Shown here: positions 1-9,096 of the stretch, one piece after another
Position numbering within the stretch: position 1 is the first letter of the stretch
Layout: each line of letters starts with the position of its first letter
From: Minisyncoccia bacterium
Lineage (GTDB): Bacteria; Patescibacteriota; Minisyncoccia; Phycocordibacterales; UBA918
Length of the DNA: 64,000 bases
Assembly: GCA_041738755.1 (NCBI GenBank)
Contig: JBGSPE010000011.1
Location: 6,658 to 70,657, forward strand
Reading direction: 5' to 3'
Notes under the pieces: model-generated
What the model saw: only the letters and a program-made list of their open reading frames with translations
Told to the model about the DNA's origin: nothing
The model's database searches: none
Position numbers and translations under genes: made by a program

Positions 1-70
1 GGGATGTAGCATAGTGGTAGTGTGCGCCCATGGGGTGGGTGTGGCCCGAGTTCGATTCTCGGCATCCCGA
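1..70 (+). tRNA. tRNA-Pro(GGG), first base cut off by the window edge
   Basis: Cloverleaf: acceptor (C)GGGATG/CATCCCG, anticodon stem CGCCC/GGGTG with loop ATGGGGT, T-loop GTTCGATTC. Confidence 0.92.
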
Positions 71-136
71 CAGAATTTCAAGATAATGGTTTATCGTTTA
101 AATATCAAAAAAAGCCGAGCTATCGCTCGGCCTTTT

Positions 137-367
137 TTATACGGATGGAAACAAAGGGAAGCCCATGGCCGCCTGTAGACGTTTACTCTTTTTCACGAGT
201 AGAATACCGGATGTAAAGATAGTTATTGCTATCGCCAAAAATATAATTTCTTCAATAGCTGTTCCTCCAGTAAGTACAATATAGACTCCTACCACTATTA
301 ATAGTCCAGCTGTCCAAATAACTGTAGAGAAAACCATGAAAATAAAATTCTTTATGAGTTCTTTCAT
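137..367 (-). CDS. small two-TM membrane protein
   Basis: 76-aa ORF with two hydrophobic segments, directly after the DUF1360 gene; hairpin AAAAAGCCGAGC...GCTCGGCCTTTT at about 109-138. Confidence 0.6.
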   Translation of the reverse strand: MKELIKNFIFMVFSTVIWTAGLLIVVGVYIVLTGGTAIEEIIFLAIAITIFTSGILLVKKSKRLQAAMGFPLFPSV

Positions 368-369
368 AC

Positions 370-849
370 TTACCCTTCACTTTCTCGCTTCAATAGCTCT
401 GCTTTGTGACCAACGAGATTGGCAAGGAGTTGCAAGAAGGTAGCCACAACTGAGAGGGCTAAAATGACAGTTGGGAAAATAGCGTATGGCGTCAGGAGGT
501 AAAAGAACGTGACAGTAGCAGTCGCCCACACACCAATACACCATGGACAGGACAAAAGGTCGGCAATCGTACGACGCGGACCAAACTTTGGCTTCACGAG
601 TTCATAGCTCTTCCCTACCTTGGCAATATCCAAAAATTGCTCTCGGATAAATTTCGTAATCGCGTCATAGACAAAGAGTCGGATAATCCGCCACGAAGCG
701 AGTGTAATCAAAACAAAATCAACCAACTTGAGTTCGGCATACGGGATCCTCGACTCAGACTGCAGAATAATCGCCCCCATCACCACAAGCAGTGTGAAGA
801 AAAGCATGAACACAAAATTCCAAAAATACTGGTCGGTAATGCGAAGCAT
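370..849 (-). CDS. DUF1360-family membrane protein
   Basis: LASWRIIRL..YD.I...R and LLSCPWCIGVW motifs, TM helices. Confidence 0.8.
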   Translation of the reverse strand: MLRITDQYFWNFVFMLFFTLLVVMGAIILQSESRIPYAELKLVDFVLITLASWRIIRLFVYDAITKFIREQFLDIAKVGKSYELVKPKFGPRRTIADLLSCPWCIGVWATATVTFFYLLTPYAIFPTVILALSVVATFLQLLANLVGHKAELLKRESEG

Positions 850-887
850 ATTGTTTGTAGTATACCATCACTCCCCCATCAAAATCA

Positions 888-1286
888 CTACTTATTTTTC
901 GACCTATACCCTCGAATAATTTGAATAATTGAACCAAAAGTAAAGATAAAATACAAAATGAATTGTGCCATTAAGTCAAACTGGTCGTTCATATTAAACC
1001 ATCCACCAGGCCTATGGTGAAATTCTAAGCTAATCACAAGCGAAAGAAAAATTATGACTGGTATTGTGAATTTAATAAAATTCCACCAACTATTGAATAC
1101 TTTATTCGGCATCCAAAATGTAACTATTGAAAAAACCAGGATAAAAGGAAATACTAAAAAAATGTCTTGATATTTATTGATACCATCTCCACAATAGACT
1201 GCACACACTCCAAACTGTCTTGTGTTGAAGAGAACAAATAGTATCAAGCTACCTATAATAGACAGAATTAAAGTCACATTTTTCAT
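888..1286 (-). CDS. hypothetical membrane protein
   Basis: 132 aa, four hydrophobic segments, AT-rich, overlaps the upstream hydrolase stop. Confidence 0.65.
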   Translation of the reverse strand: MKNVTLILSIIGSLILFVLFNTRQFGVCAVYCGDGINKYQDIFLVFPFILVFSIVTFWMPNKVFNSWWNFIKFTIPVIIFLSLVISLEFHHRPGGWFNMNDQFDLMAQFILYFIFTFGSIIQIIRGYRSKNK

Positions 1287-3796
1287 ACTTTGGCTATACT
1301 TAGCAAATTTAATAATCTAACCAGTTCGCTTAATAATCTATACATCTCTTGCCAGTACAGATCTGTTGAAGTAGTAACGCCTTCTACCTGACCCATTGCT
1401 CGAACTCTAGTACCACCTCCTCCAGTATCTCGAGAAATTTCTGTAGGTTCTTCAATTTCTGAAGGAACTGTTGGTGATGGAGTAATAGATAATTCGATTA
1501 TTGAATTATTTGTAAGTATGTCAGCATCAATTACTCCGTCACCTTCATAGTCTATCGTAAGTGAACTTGAAGCTAATTCAGCTTGGGGGACAAATATAAC
1601 CTCTGTACCCACATCACTTGGAATACCAACAAAATCAATCCTCTCAACAAGCTCCTCTCCTTCCCATTCTTCAACTTCGAGCGTAAATGAACCAAACTCT
1701 TGTCCAAATAGTAAAAGTTCAGTATCTGATATATCACTAGGAACACTAATGTACTGCACTTCTCCAAAGCGTTGGTAGTAACCTCCTTCAATAGTCCTTG
1801 TTGTGCTACTTAATTCTCCCGCCGGACTTCTGAGCTTCATATCAAGTGGGGAATGTAACTGGTATACCACTCTATCTGTACTTTCTAAATTTACTGGATT
1901 TTCAGAAATATATTCAAACTCAAATTCTGAATTAATTCCTAGAGTATTAGCTATATAGGCTTGGACATCAGAGACTTCAAGCATGTCTTTATGAACGCGA
2001 TTTAATAATACATCGTTGTTGTATTTGTCTAAATCTAACCACAAGGTTTCTATATCTTCAATTGCTTGAGCACTACTACCCATAACTGTGCCGTCTCCTT
2101 CGGGTGATGTTGTGATTCTAGTTCCTAATTTTGGTTCATATTGAGTACACAGAAATAATATTCGAGAGACACATTTTTGATCAGTAAAATATGAAATGGT
2201 TGCCGGTGTCTGAACGCCTACTCCAGCAATTTGTGACACACCAAGGCTCGCTGGTGGTGTCCAGGCTGATTGAATTTGATGAGCAATATTCGCGTATTCA
2301 AGTAAAAGTGGGTCGGTCACTTCCGGGGTCGCCGAGTCACTTACATCTGGATCAGCTCGACCACTGCTCTTGCTTAAAAAACTATGGAGAGTGTCTTTGT
2401 CAGTGATTGATTCGCCAAATCGAGTTCGCCATTCATCAGTCGCTACCCCAGACTCGAAGATGATGACCGGATCAATTGCGTCAGTAAAATAGGCCTCACT
2501 CGGTAATAGGTGATGAATAAACGGCATAGTATTAATCAAAGTTCTACTCGTTACTTGATTAAGCACAGCACCAAAAGGACCAATTTCAGAACCATGGAGT
2601 AGAGATATGACTGATTCAGGAGTGCCGCTTTGCGGCACTCCGACTAATATTAAATTATCAATCTTTGGAAGAAGTGGATCATTGTTTGCTTCCAAAGTAG
2701 ACAAAAAAGCTTTTGCTACTAACCCGCCATTGGAGTGAGTTACAATAGTTACTTTCCCCGAAAGCGAGTCTTCTGCCATGCGAGCAATTGTTTGGTACAG
2801 ATAGCCATCTACATAACTTGCAGCCAACCCGCCTCTTACTTTCCCATCTGCCTCTGTGCTTTTTAAAATATCATCTAATTTAAGCCTCCAGTCGTACGGG
2901 ACTGCTTCAAAGTCCGCTATTACACCATCACTTTCTAAACTTTCAAAGTCTTCTAAAAATGATTTATATAAACTTAGGCCAAATGTTGCATCGACAATCC
3001 CGCTTGGTTCATTTGTTGTATAAATATCATTATCACTCCGTCCAGTAAAAGATGTGGTCAGTCGTAACTGGGCACAATCGCTAGGAGAAAACCATCGCTC
3101 TTTTATCCCGGGCCCTCCTCCACAAACATCACTTTCTTCATACAGTCGCGAACCCATAATCCCTGGCAGAAACAACACGCTCGAAGCACCGAGGGGTTCG
3201 GGAGTGGTATACGTGATGATGAATGGAATAGCCACGACTTCCTGGTAATCCTGGTAATACGCGTAGGCGGTAGCTGGTAAAAAGAAAGACTTGAGCCACT
3301 GTTTCCAGGTTGGTTCAGTTTGAAAAATTTGAATTGGTATTTCTTCAAACACCAACACCGCAACATACTCCCCTTCCGGAAGTGAGGAGAAATTAAAAGT
3401 ACCACCCCTCCTTACACCCACCTCACGATAATCATTCCCATCAGCACGATAGAGAGTACATGGATTAAAGTATGAATTTCCTGGCTTGTTAATCTGATAC
3501 GTACCGGAAAAGTCTCCGCCTTCAGATATTGTGACGATAGCATCCTTTATGAGCTCAATACCATTAATTGTAATATTGTAACTATATGGGTCTGGTGTAT
3601 CTGCATTAAACGGATTATTACAATCGTCTATTGGAGTACGTTCATCAATTAGTCCATCTCCGTAGTCATACTGGGTGATAACATCACCGCAGGCAAAGGC
3701 CGAGAGTGGTTGGCCACCCCATAGGATTACGGCCGCGAGGCCGAGAATTACTCCTGCCGTTCGCTTCATTACTTTTATGCTACCACCATTTTCCAT
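1283..3796 (-). CDS. secreted LCAT/phospholipase-like alpha/beta hydrolase
   Basis: Signal peptide; LPGIMGS, PYDWR, nucleophile elbow THSNGG, GVPQSG and GDGTV motifs. Confidence 0.8.
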   Translation of the reverse strand: MENGGSIKVMKRTAGVILGLAAVILWGGQPLSAFACGDVITQYDYGDGLIDERTPIDDCNNPFNADTPDPYSYNITINGIELIKDAIVTISEGGDFSGTYQINKPGNSYFNPCTLYRADGNDYREVGVRRGGTFNFSSLPEGEYVAVLVFEEIPIQIFQTEPTWKQWLKSFFLPATAYAYYQDYQEVVAIPFIITYTTPEPLGASSVLFLPGIMGSRLYEESDVCGGGPGIKERWFSPSDCAQLRLTTSFTGRSDNDIYTTNEPSGIVDATFGLSLYKSFLEDFESLESDGVIADFEAVPYDWRLKLDDILKSTEADGKVRGGLAASYVDGYLYQTIARMAEDSLSGKVTIVTHSNGGLVAKAFLSTLEANNDPLLPKIDNLILVGVPQSGTPESVISLLHGSEIGPFGAVLNQVTSRTLINTMPFIHHLLPSEAYFTDAIDPVIIFESGVATDEWRTRFGESITDKDTLHSFLSKSSGRADPDVSDSATPEVTDPLLLEYANIAHQIQSAWTPPASLGVSQIAGVGVQTPATISYFTDQKCVSRILFLCTQYEPKLGTRITTSPEGDGTVMGSSAQAIEDIETLWLDLDKYNNDVLLNRVHKDMLEVSDVQAYIANTLGINSEFEFEYISENPVNLESTDRVVYQLHSPLDMKLRSPAGELSSTTRTIEGGYYQRFGEVQYISVPSDISDTELLLFGQEFGSFTLEVEEWEGEELVERIDFVGIPSDVGTEVIFVPQAELASSSLTIDYEGDGVIDADILTNNSIIELSITPSPTVPSEIEEPTEISRDTGGGGTRVRAMGQVEGVTTSTDLYWQEMYRLLSELVRLLNLLSIAKV

Positions 3797-3808
3797 CTTG
3801 ACCAGCCC

Positions 3809-4522
3809 TTACCGTGAATTCCCGAGGTCTGACCTCGGGAATTCAGTACCAAACGAAATCCAATCTAACAATTCACTTTTTACATCAGTTGCTGTTGAAA
3901 AATACCTTGGAAAATGTTCTTGATTCAAGATCCTTGAACTTAAGTACTCATGGTTAATATAGGCCATTAAACTAGAATATGGATATAAACAAACGTCATT
4001 ATATATTTTTTTAGTCATATCAAAATATGTATCGTCTGATTCGTTAGATTTAAATAATTTGACTGGATTAAGATGTATATATGAAAAAAGATATTTTAGA
4101 TATTCATCTGAATCAGAGTGTTTTGCTTTAAAACGACTTTCAAACAAGCCTCCCGTTCTTTCATACTTTTTATTGAAGTACATCGAATACCCGGTCATTA
4201 ACTTACTCATAAATTTTGAAATACCCTGCTCTGCTAGTGGTGTGAGCAGCAAATGAAAATGGTTAGGCATCAAACAATACGCCCCAACCGCGACAAGATT
4301 TTCACCACGTTCGAATTCATAGATATTTTTGTGTGTCTTTTTAATATCTTTTATACTTACGGACTTTGTAGAGTTAGCAAGGTAAAGAAGACTTAGAAAA
4401 CGCTGATAGTCTTCTGGAGATTCGAAGATTATTCGCTTATCTGTACCTCGGTTGTAAACATGATAGAACTCCTGAGGTGCAAATTCGACGGTTCTTGTAA
4501 CCATACGGTTTAAGAATAACAT
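3809..4522 (-). mobile_element. REP-associated tyrosine (Y1/HUH) transposase, RAYT-like
   Basis: YHVYNRG, YCLMPNHFHLL (HUH), GGLFESRF, YIHLNP (catalytic Tyr); flanked by REP palindromes. Confidence 0.9.
3815..3845. repeat. REP-like palindrome 1
   Basis: TGAATTCCCGAGGTC-T-GACCTCGGGAATTCA, 15-bp perfect inverted repeat inside the RAYT 3' end. Confidence 0.9.
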
Positions 4523-4527
4523 TTTTT

Positions 4528-4558
4528 ATATATCCCGAGGTCAGACCTCGGGATATAT
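4528..4558. repeat. REP-like palindrome 2
   Basis: ATATATCCCGAGGTC-A-GACCTCGGGATATAT. Confidence 0.9.
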
Positions 4559-4668
4559 CTTTCTGGGAAGCAGGTTTTAGATGGTTGGGTGTGAGTTTGG
4601 GAGAAAAATGATAGAGTACTCTATCGCTACAATGGGGTGGCGAATGATTTTTGAAGGAGTGTTCTTTT

Positions 4669-4974
4669 ATGGACGATAATAAGGCTGATCAGCCGCGAGC
4701 AATGCCGGTGATGGTTGAAGGCATGAACGGTGCCTGTATGCCCGGTGCGAGCCACATGGCGTCGGCTGGGGTGGTTGTAGTCACGAGTAAGGAAGTGTTG
4801 GCCATACCTGATGATTGTCCGATGCTGGACCTGGGAGACGGCTTCTCCGGCACACCGAATACGGCCGAGTTGCTGCCGCAATCGGCACCTCAGCAGGCAG
4901 TCGCCTACTATGATGATTCGCCGGAGCTCGCTCTGAATAGCTTCTCGATTGATGGAGATGATGAAACGGAATAG
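4669..4974 (+). CDS. small acidic hypothetical protein between REP elements
   Basis: ORF with GAAGGAG SD before ATG 4669; GC-richer than its flanks. Confidence 0.55.
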   Translation: MDDNKADQPRAMPVMVEGMNGACMPGASHMASAGVVVVTSKEVLAIPDDCPMLDLGDGFSGTPNTAELLPQSAPQQAVAYYDDSPELALNSFSIDGDDETE

Positions 4975-5004
4975 TCGGGACTGGCCCACTAATCAGTAGC
5001 ATGG

Positions 5005-5029
5005 TATCCCGAGGTCAGACCTCGGGATA
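5005..5029. repeat. REP-like palindrome 3
   Basis: TATCCCGAGGTC-A-GACCTCGGGATA. Confidence 0.9.
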
Positions 5030-5090
5030 GTAAAAACAAAAAGCCGGTTGGTGCGCGCGCATCAACCGGCTTTTCTCTTGTTTTTAGATT

Positions 5091-5111
5091 TCCCTAGGTC
5101 TTGCCTAGGGA
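5091..5111. repeat. degenerate REP-like palindrome 4
   Basis: TCCCTAGG-TCTTG-CCTAGGGA, with a compensatory change relative to the REP consensus. Confidence 0.6.
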
Positions 5112-5188
5112 GAATTTGGTTTCCTATAGTGAGGGGATGTATATAACAAAAAGCCCCGCCGAAGTTAATCGGGGGGCTTTTTGTGTGT

Positions 5189-5213
5189 TATCCCGAGGTC
5201 TGACCTCGGGATA
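5189..5213. repeat. REP-like palindrome 5
   Basis: TATCCCGAGGTC-T-GACCTCGGGATA. Confidence 0.9.
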
Positions 5214-5277
5214 GGTTTTATTACTGCTTTATCAAGGCGATACCTTGATAAAGCAGTAGGTGGATGGGGTCAGATAC

Positions 5278-5307
5278 AAGAAAACCCCGCCGAGGCGGGG
5301 TTTTCTT
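5278..5307 (-). terminator. intrinsic terminator of the surface protein gene
   Basis: AAGAAAACCCCGCC-GA-GGCGGGGTTTTCTT just downstream of the stop at 5349. Confidence 0.75.
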
Positions 5308-5348
5308 TAGACTAGAACTATTCGTTCAAAATCAAGGTAACTAATTAC

Positions 5349-7385
5349 TTAGTTAGCGTTGATGTTGATGAAGCTTGTTCGGAAATCTTGTGCTGGAGTT
5401 GGTGTGTATGTTTCATCATCAGCATCTCCTGCGATTTCGTCATCACTGAAGCCTACACCTGTGAGTGCTACTCGGTGTTGACCTGTAGTGTTGGTGTCTA
5501 CTGTTACAGTCAATGTGAATGTTTCAGTTTCTCCTTCTCGGACTGCGAAGAAATCAGATGATTCCTGGTCAGCTGTTGAAGAAAGTGTTCCTGAAACAGT
5601 TGTTGTTGCTCCGTTTGGACCTTCTACTGTGTAAGATACACCTGTAGTTGTAGCTCCGTTAGTAGCTCGTTCGAAGATGTAGAAGTCACCTTCTACAGCT
5701 GTTACTTCGAAGTCGATTGAGAATGAACCAGTTTGGTCATTGTCTCCAGTTGTGTCAGTTGTAAATTCAACAGCGTCAACTGGTACTACGATACCTTCAG
5801 CTACAAGAGTGTGTTCTTCACCGACAGCTGAACCATTGAGGTCACCACCGAGAATGTCATCAGCTCCTTCAGCGTCAGTTGAGTCTACGTCAGCGCTAGC
5901 TTCGATAGTTGTACCGTTTGAGTATCGATCAACATTGTTTGATGATTCTTGTGCTCGGAAGTCAACCATCACTACTACTGTTACTTCTTCGCCTTCATCA
6001 ATGACGATGTCACCATCGACGTCGAATTCGAACTTAGTAGTATTTGAGTTTGATACTGGTGAGTTTTCCGCATCGAAGATTTCACCATCGATTTCGATTG
6101 ATACATCATCGATAACCAATGATGAAGTTGTTGAGGTTTCAACATCTACGAATAGCGTATTGATTTCAACATCAGCATCTTCTGCTTCGAGAGTGTATTC
6201 AAGAACAGTTACATCATCTGTATCCTGATCTGTATCAACAATGATGTCTGTTGAATCTGGGTTGTTTGAACCAAGTGAGAAGGTAAGTTCTTCACCGTCT
6301 CCTTCAACTACAATGTCGAAGTCAACACCTTCTGAAGCTCCGATTTCATCAAATGAATCTTCGTCTTCAGATACACCATCAGCGTCGAAGTATCGTACGT
6401 CTGTTACTGCAATATTCCATGCTGCGTCAGTGTCGTCATCAACACCGTCAACACTTGACATGATTGTTGCTCCAACAAGTACTTCTACTTCTTCATCTTC
6501 TGGAAGGAAGAGTTCAAGACCTGAGAATCGGAATTCTCCGTCATCTTCTTCGAGGTATTCATCCTCGTCTGAAGCATCGAATTCTGCAATCATGTCGCCA
6601 TCAACCCAGAGGCTGATAGTTTCGAACGTTTCCCATGGGTCTTGTTCGTCAGTTGAAGTTGCAGCATCGAGTACGAAAGTGATTCGGTCGAGTTCGAGGT
6701 CACCATCTGTAGCTTCGATTGTAAGCTCAGCGATAACTTCGTCTTCAGAACCTTCTGGAATGTCAGTGTCTGGAGCGTCGTCGATTTCAAATGTATCGAG
6801 ATCACCTTCACCTGAAAGTTCCATCATTTCGTCATCCATGTCTTCGTCATCCATTTCTTCATCGTCCATTTCTTCGTCATCCATTTCTGCTGAAGTAACA
6901 CAAAGTGCGTTAGCCTTAGCTCGTGAACCTGAACCGAAGTATCCGGTTGGGTTTGAAAGGTTGATTGGTGTAAGGATTTCAGCTGCGTACTTTACTTGGA
7001 ACTTTGATACAGCTGCTGCTGTAGCTGGTCCGTAGTACATAGTTTCCATTCCCTTTGATCCTGCTCCTGAAGCTGACACTGTAGTGTCTGCATCTGAGTT
7101 AAGGAACTGTTGGAGCTTCATAACATCGTCACCAGTTGAACCTGATGAGAGGTCTCGTGTCCATGTGTATGGGCAGAATGAAGCTGAGCTGGTTGAACCT
7201 GCTCCAGCTGAAGCTGGTACGTCTGATTGTAGAGCAGCAACTTGCGCGAGCAAGTCGTTGATCATTGCTTGAAGTTCTTCAGTAGTTTGCGCTTGTGATA
7301 CAGGTGCAAATGCTGAGAACATCATAGCGATTGCAATCAAAGCTACTGTGAACTTTGATGCAACGTTTTCTGTGATATTCGTCAT
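5349..7385 (-). CDS. secreted acidic surface/S-layer-like protein with a peptidoglycan-binding-like domain
   Basis: Signal peptide, LQAMINDLLAQVAALQ coil, RDLSSGSTGDDVMKLQQFLN...YGPATAAAVSKFQ motif, EMDDE repeats, D/E/T-rich beta region. Confidence 0.8.
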   Translation of the reverse strand: MTNITENVASKFTVALIAIAMMFSAFAPVSQAQTTEELQAMINDLLAQVAALQSDVPASAGAGSTSSASFCPYTWTRDLSSGSTGDDVMKLQQFLNSDADTTVSASGAGSKGMETMYYGPATAAAVSKFQVKYAAEILTPINLSNPTGYFGSGSRAKANALCVTSAEMDDEEMDDEEMDDEDMDDEMMELSGEGDLDTFEIDDAPDTDIPEGSEDEVIAELTIEATDGDLELDRITFVLDAATSTDEQDPWETFETISLWVDGDMIAEFDASDEDEYLEEDDGEFRFSGLELFLPEDEEVEVLVGATIMSSVDGVDDDTDAAWNIAVTDVRYFDADGVSEDEDSFDEIGASEGVDFDIVVEGDGEELTFSLGSNNPDSTDIIVDTDQDTDDVTVLEYTLEAEDADVEINTLFVDVETSTTSSLVIDDVSIEIDGEIFDAENSPVSNSNTTKFEFDVDGDIVIDEGEEVTVVVMVDFRAQESSNNVDRYSNGTTIEASADVDSTDAEGADDILGGDLNGSAVGEEHTLVAEGIVVPVDAVEFTTDTTGDNDQTGSFSIDFEVTAVEGDFYIFERATNGATTTGVSYTVEGPNGATTTVSGTLSSTADQESSDFFAVREGETETFTLTVTVDTNTTGQHRVALTGVGFSDDEIAGDADDETYTPTPAQDFRTSFININAN

Positions 7386-7832
7386 ATAATAATTTATTTG
7401 TTTTGTACGTGATTAAGCACGTCGTCTGCATATCTGCAGACTTTAATTTGATAAGGCCTAATAAATATGAATTAATTCATATTCGTAAATGGGTTATCAC
7501 GCCACTTACGTAATATCACTAACTCAGAGGGTTACCCCTCTGAGGTTAGCTGTGATTCCGGGGTGCGTCAGTCAAGCGGTCAAAGGCGGGAATAGGTACG
7601 GCGGTATATCTCTTTTGAAGGTGGCTTTCGTTACCATAGTAAGAGGCCACGTTCGTAAGAACGTTTATTGCAAGGATATATAAATGATTGAGGGAGTGAA
7701 CTCCGACTCATCATTAGCTTGTCAATGAACATACACCCGAGCTGAAGCTTCTTCATATATCAGAGATGGTTTGTGGTCTTCACAAAGCACGTATCTGATT
7801 CAGAAAAAGCGCACTTCAGCGCAGTACTGTAG

Positions 7833-7841
7833 AGTGTAGCA
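7833..7841 (-). promoter_or_regulatory. putative extended -10 promoter of the surface protein gene
   Basis: TGCTACACT on the minus strand, just upstream of a long hairpin. Confidence 0.4.
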
Positions 7842-8179
7842 TTTTTGGAGAAAATATCCAGTTTTGTAATTGTGGATATGCAGAATTCAAGAATGAATTA
7901 AGCGCGTATTCACAAGACTTATGCTTGATATTTTCTAACTACAAACAACAGTACGTGGGTCTGTTATATAAGACGACCTCTGTCATGGCTTCTTACCCCT
8001 CCTTTTATTACAGAACAACAATAGGAAGTGTGCAACTATGGGGGTATGAGTGGATTGCGGAAGCGTGCGACAGCTGTCTTTTAATACTGCTGTCGCTCGC
8101 TTCCCTTCATCATGTGCGTATCATTTTGACTTATACAACACTCACACGTATCTAAGACACTTAATTATCTATAAGACAG

Positions 8180-8929
8180 TTATTTCTTTACCGAGTACTT
8201 AGACCAGCGTCTTTCTCCTTCACGGATTACTTGTCCTTTTTCTATGAGACTATTGAGTTCACGTTGAATTGTCTTTTCACTCACGTCGGTGATGATTTCT
8301 GCGATGTCTTTGATGGTAGCTTGGGGTTTGGCTTCAAGGACTGTCTTTATGCGGTCTGATCTATCGGTCAACTGACTGTAGACAAAGTGGGCGTCGCTAC
8401 TGATGTCACCGGCAGGAATCTGTACACGTTGTCTCCGCGGAGTCGTTACTCGTTTGTTACTGATGGCTCCGATTGATTTTTGAGTTAGGGTCTCTCCTCT
8501 CATGCCAAGTTCAGCCATACCAGAGAGTGATACTCCGGCTACTTTGAGATAGTGGTGATTGATGTACCGCTGCGTAGCATCAAGTTGCTCAAAGAGTATG
8601 TTGGTGATGTTCCCCGGGACCGCACCAGAGGCTTCGGCGATACGGAGTGTGCTCTCAAGTGAGACGAGACTATGGAGGAAGTGTTCGAGTCCTTCATACT
8701 CTTCGTGCGTCTGTAACCGGAGTGTCTCTAAGGCGACTTCGTGTGTTTGGAGCGCTTTGTCTTTGAGGTGATCAACGTGGATGCTTGTCTCTTGTCCTTT
8801 ATTAATGTGAGACAAAATATAGAAGATAACTGATACTAGCTTCTCTGTTTTCTTAAAGACATTATTAAAGTACTCAGAGTCATTTGCGAGTCTTTTAATC
8901 TGGAATAAGTTGTCCTTTTCTGAAGTCAT
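8180..8929 (-). CDS. protein with C-terminal DeoR-like winged HTH
   Basis: ATIKDIAEIITDVSEKTIQRELNSLIEKGQVIREGERRWSKY; ATG 8929 preferred over TTG 9025. Confidence 0.8.
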   Translation of the reverse strand: MTSEKDNLFQIKRLANDSEYFNNVFKKTEKLVSVIFYILSHINKGQETSIHVDHLKDKALQTHEVALETLRLQTHEEYEGLEHFLHSLVSLESTLRIAEASGAVPGNITNILFEQLDATQRYINHHYLKVAGVSLSGMAELGMRGETLTQKSIGAISNKRVTTPRRQRVQIPAGDISSDAHFVYSQLTDRSDRIKTVLEAKPQATIKDIAEIITDVSEKTIQRELNSLIEKGQVIREGERRWSKYSVKK

Positions 8930-9096
8930 AGCGGTGTCTTTTTGTCTTATAAGTTGCTCGGTTGTCTTAGACTCTACTATAAGGACATTTGAGACATTTG
9001 CAAGTAAGCGGTCCTTTCTTATCAACGTCTTGGCGCGCGTGCGACATGGTATGATGTGCGTATTACGTGCAAGAATTTTGTTGATTTTTATTTCCT

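Noticed and set aside
3815-5213. REP palindromes as a second CRISPR array
   Set aside because: Irregular spacing, perfect palindromes and RAYT linkage indicate REPs.
6830-6890. 15-bp tandem repeats
   Set aside because: Coding EMDDE linker repeats with no spacers.
5740-7035. Long Ser-rich + strand ORFs
   Set aside because: Antisense shadows of the Asp/Glu-rich surface protein gene.
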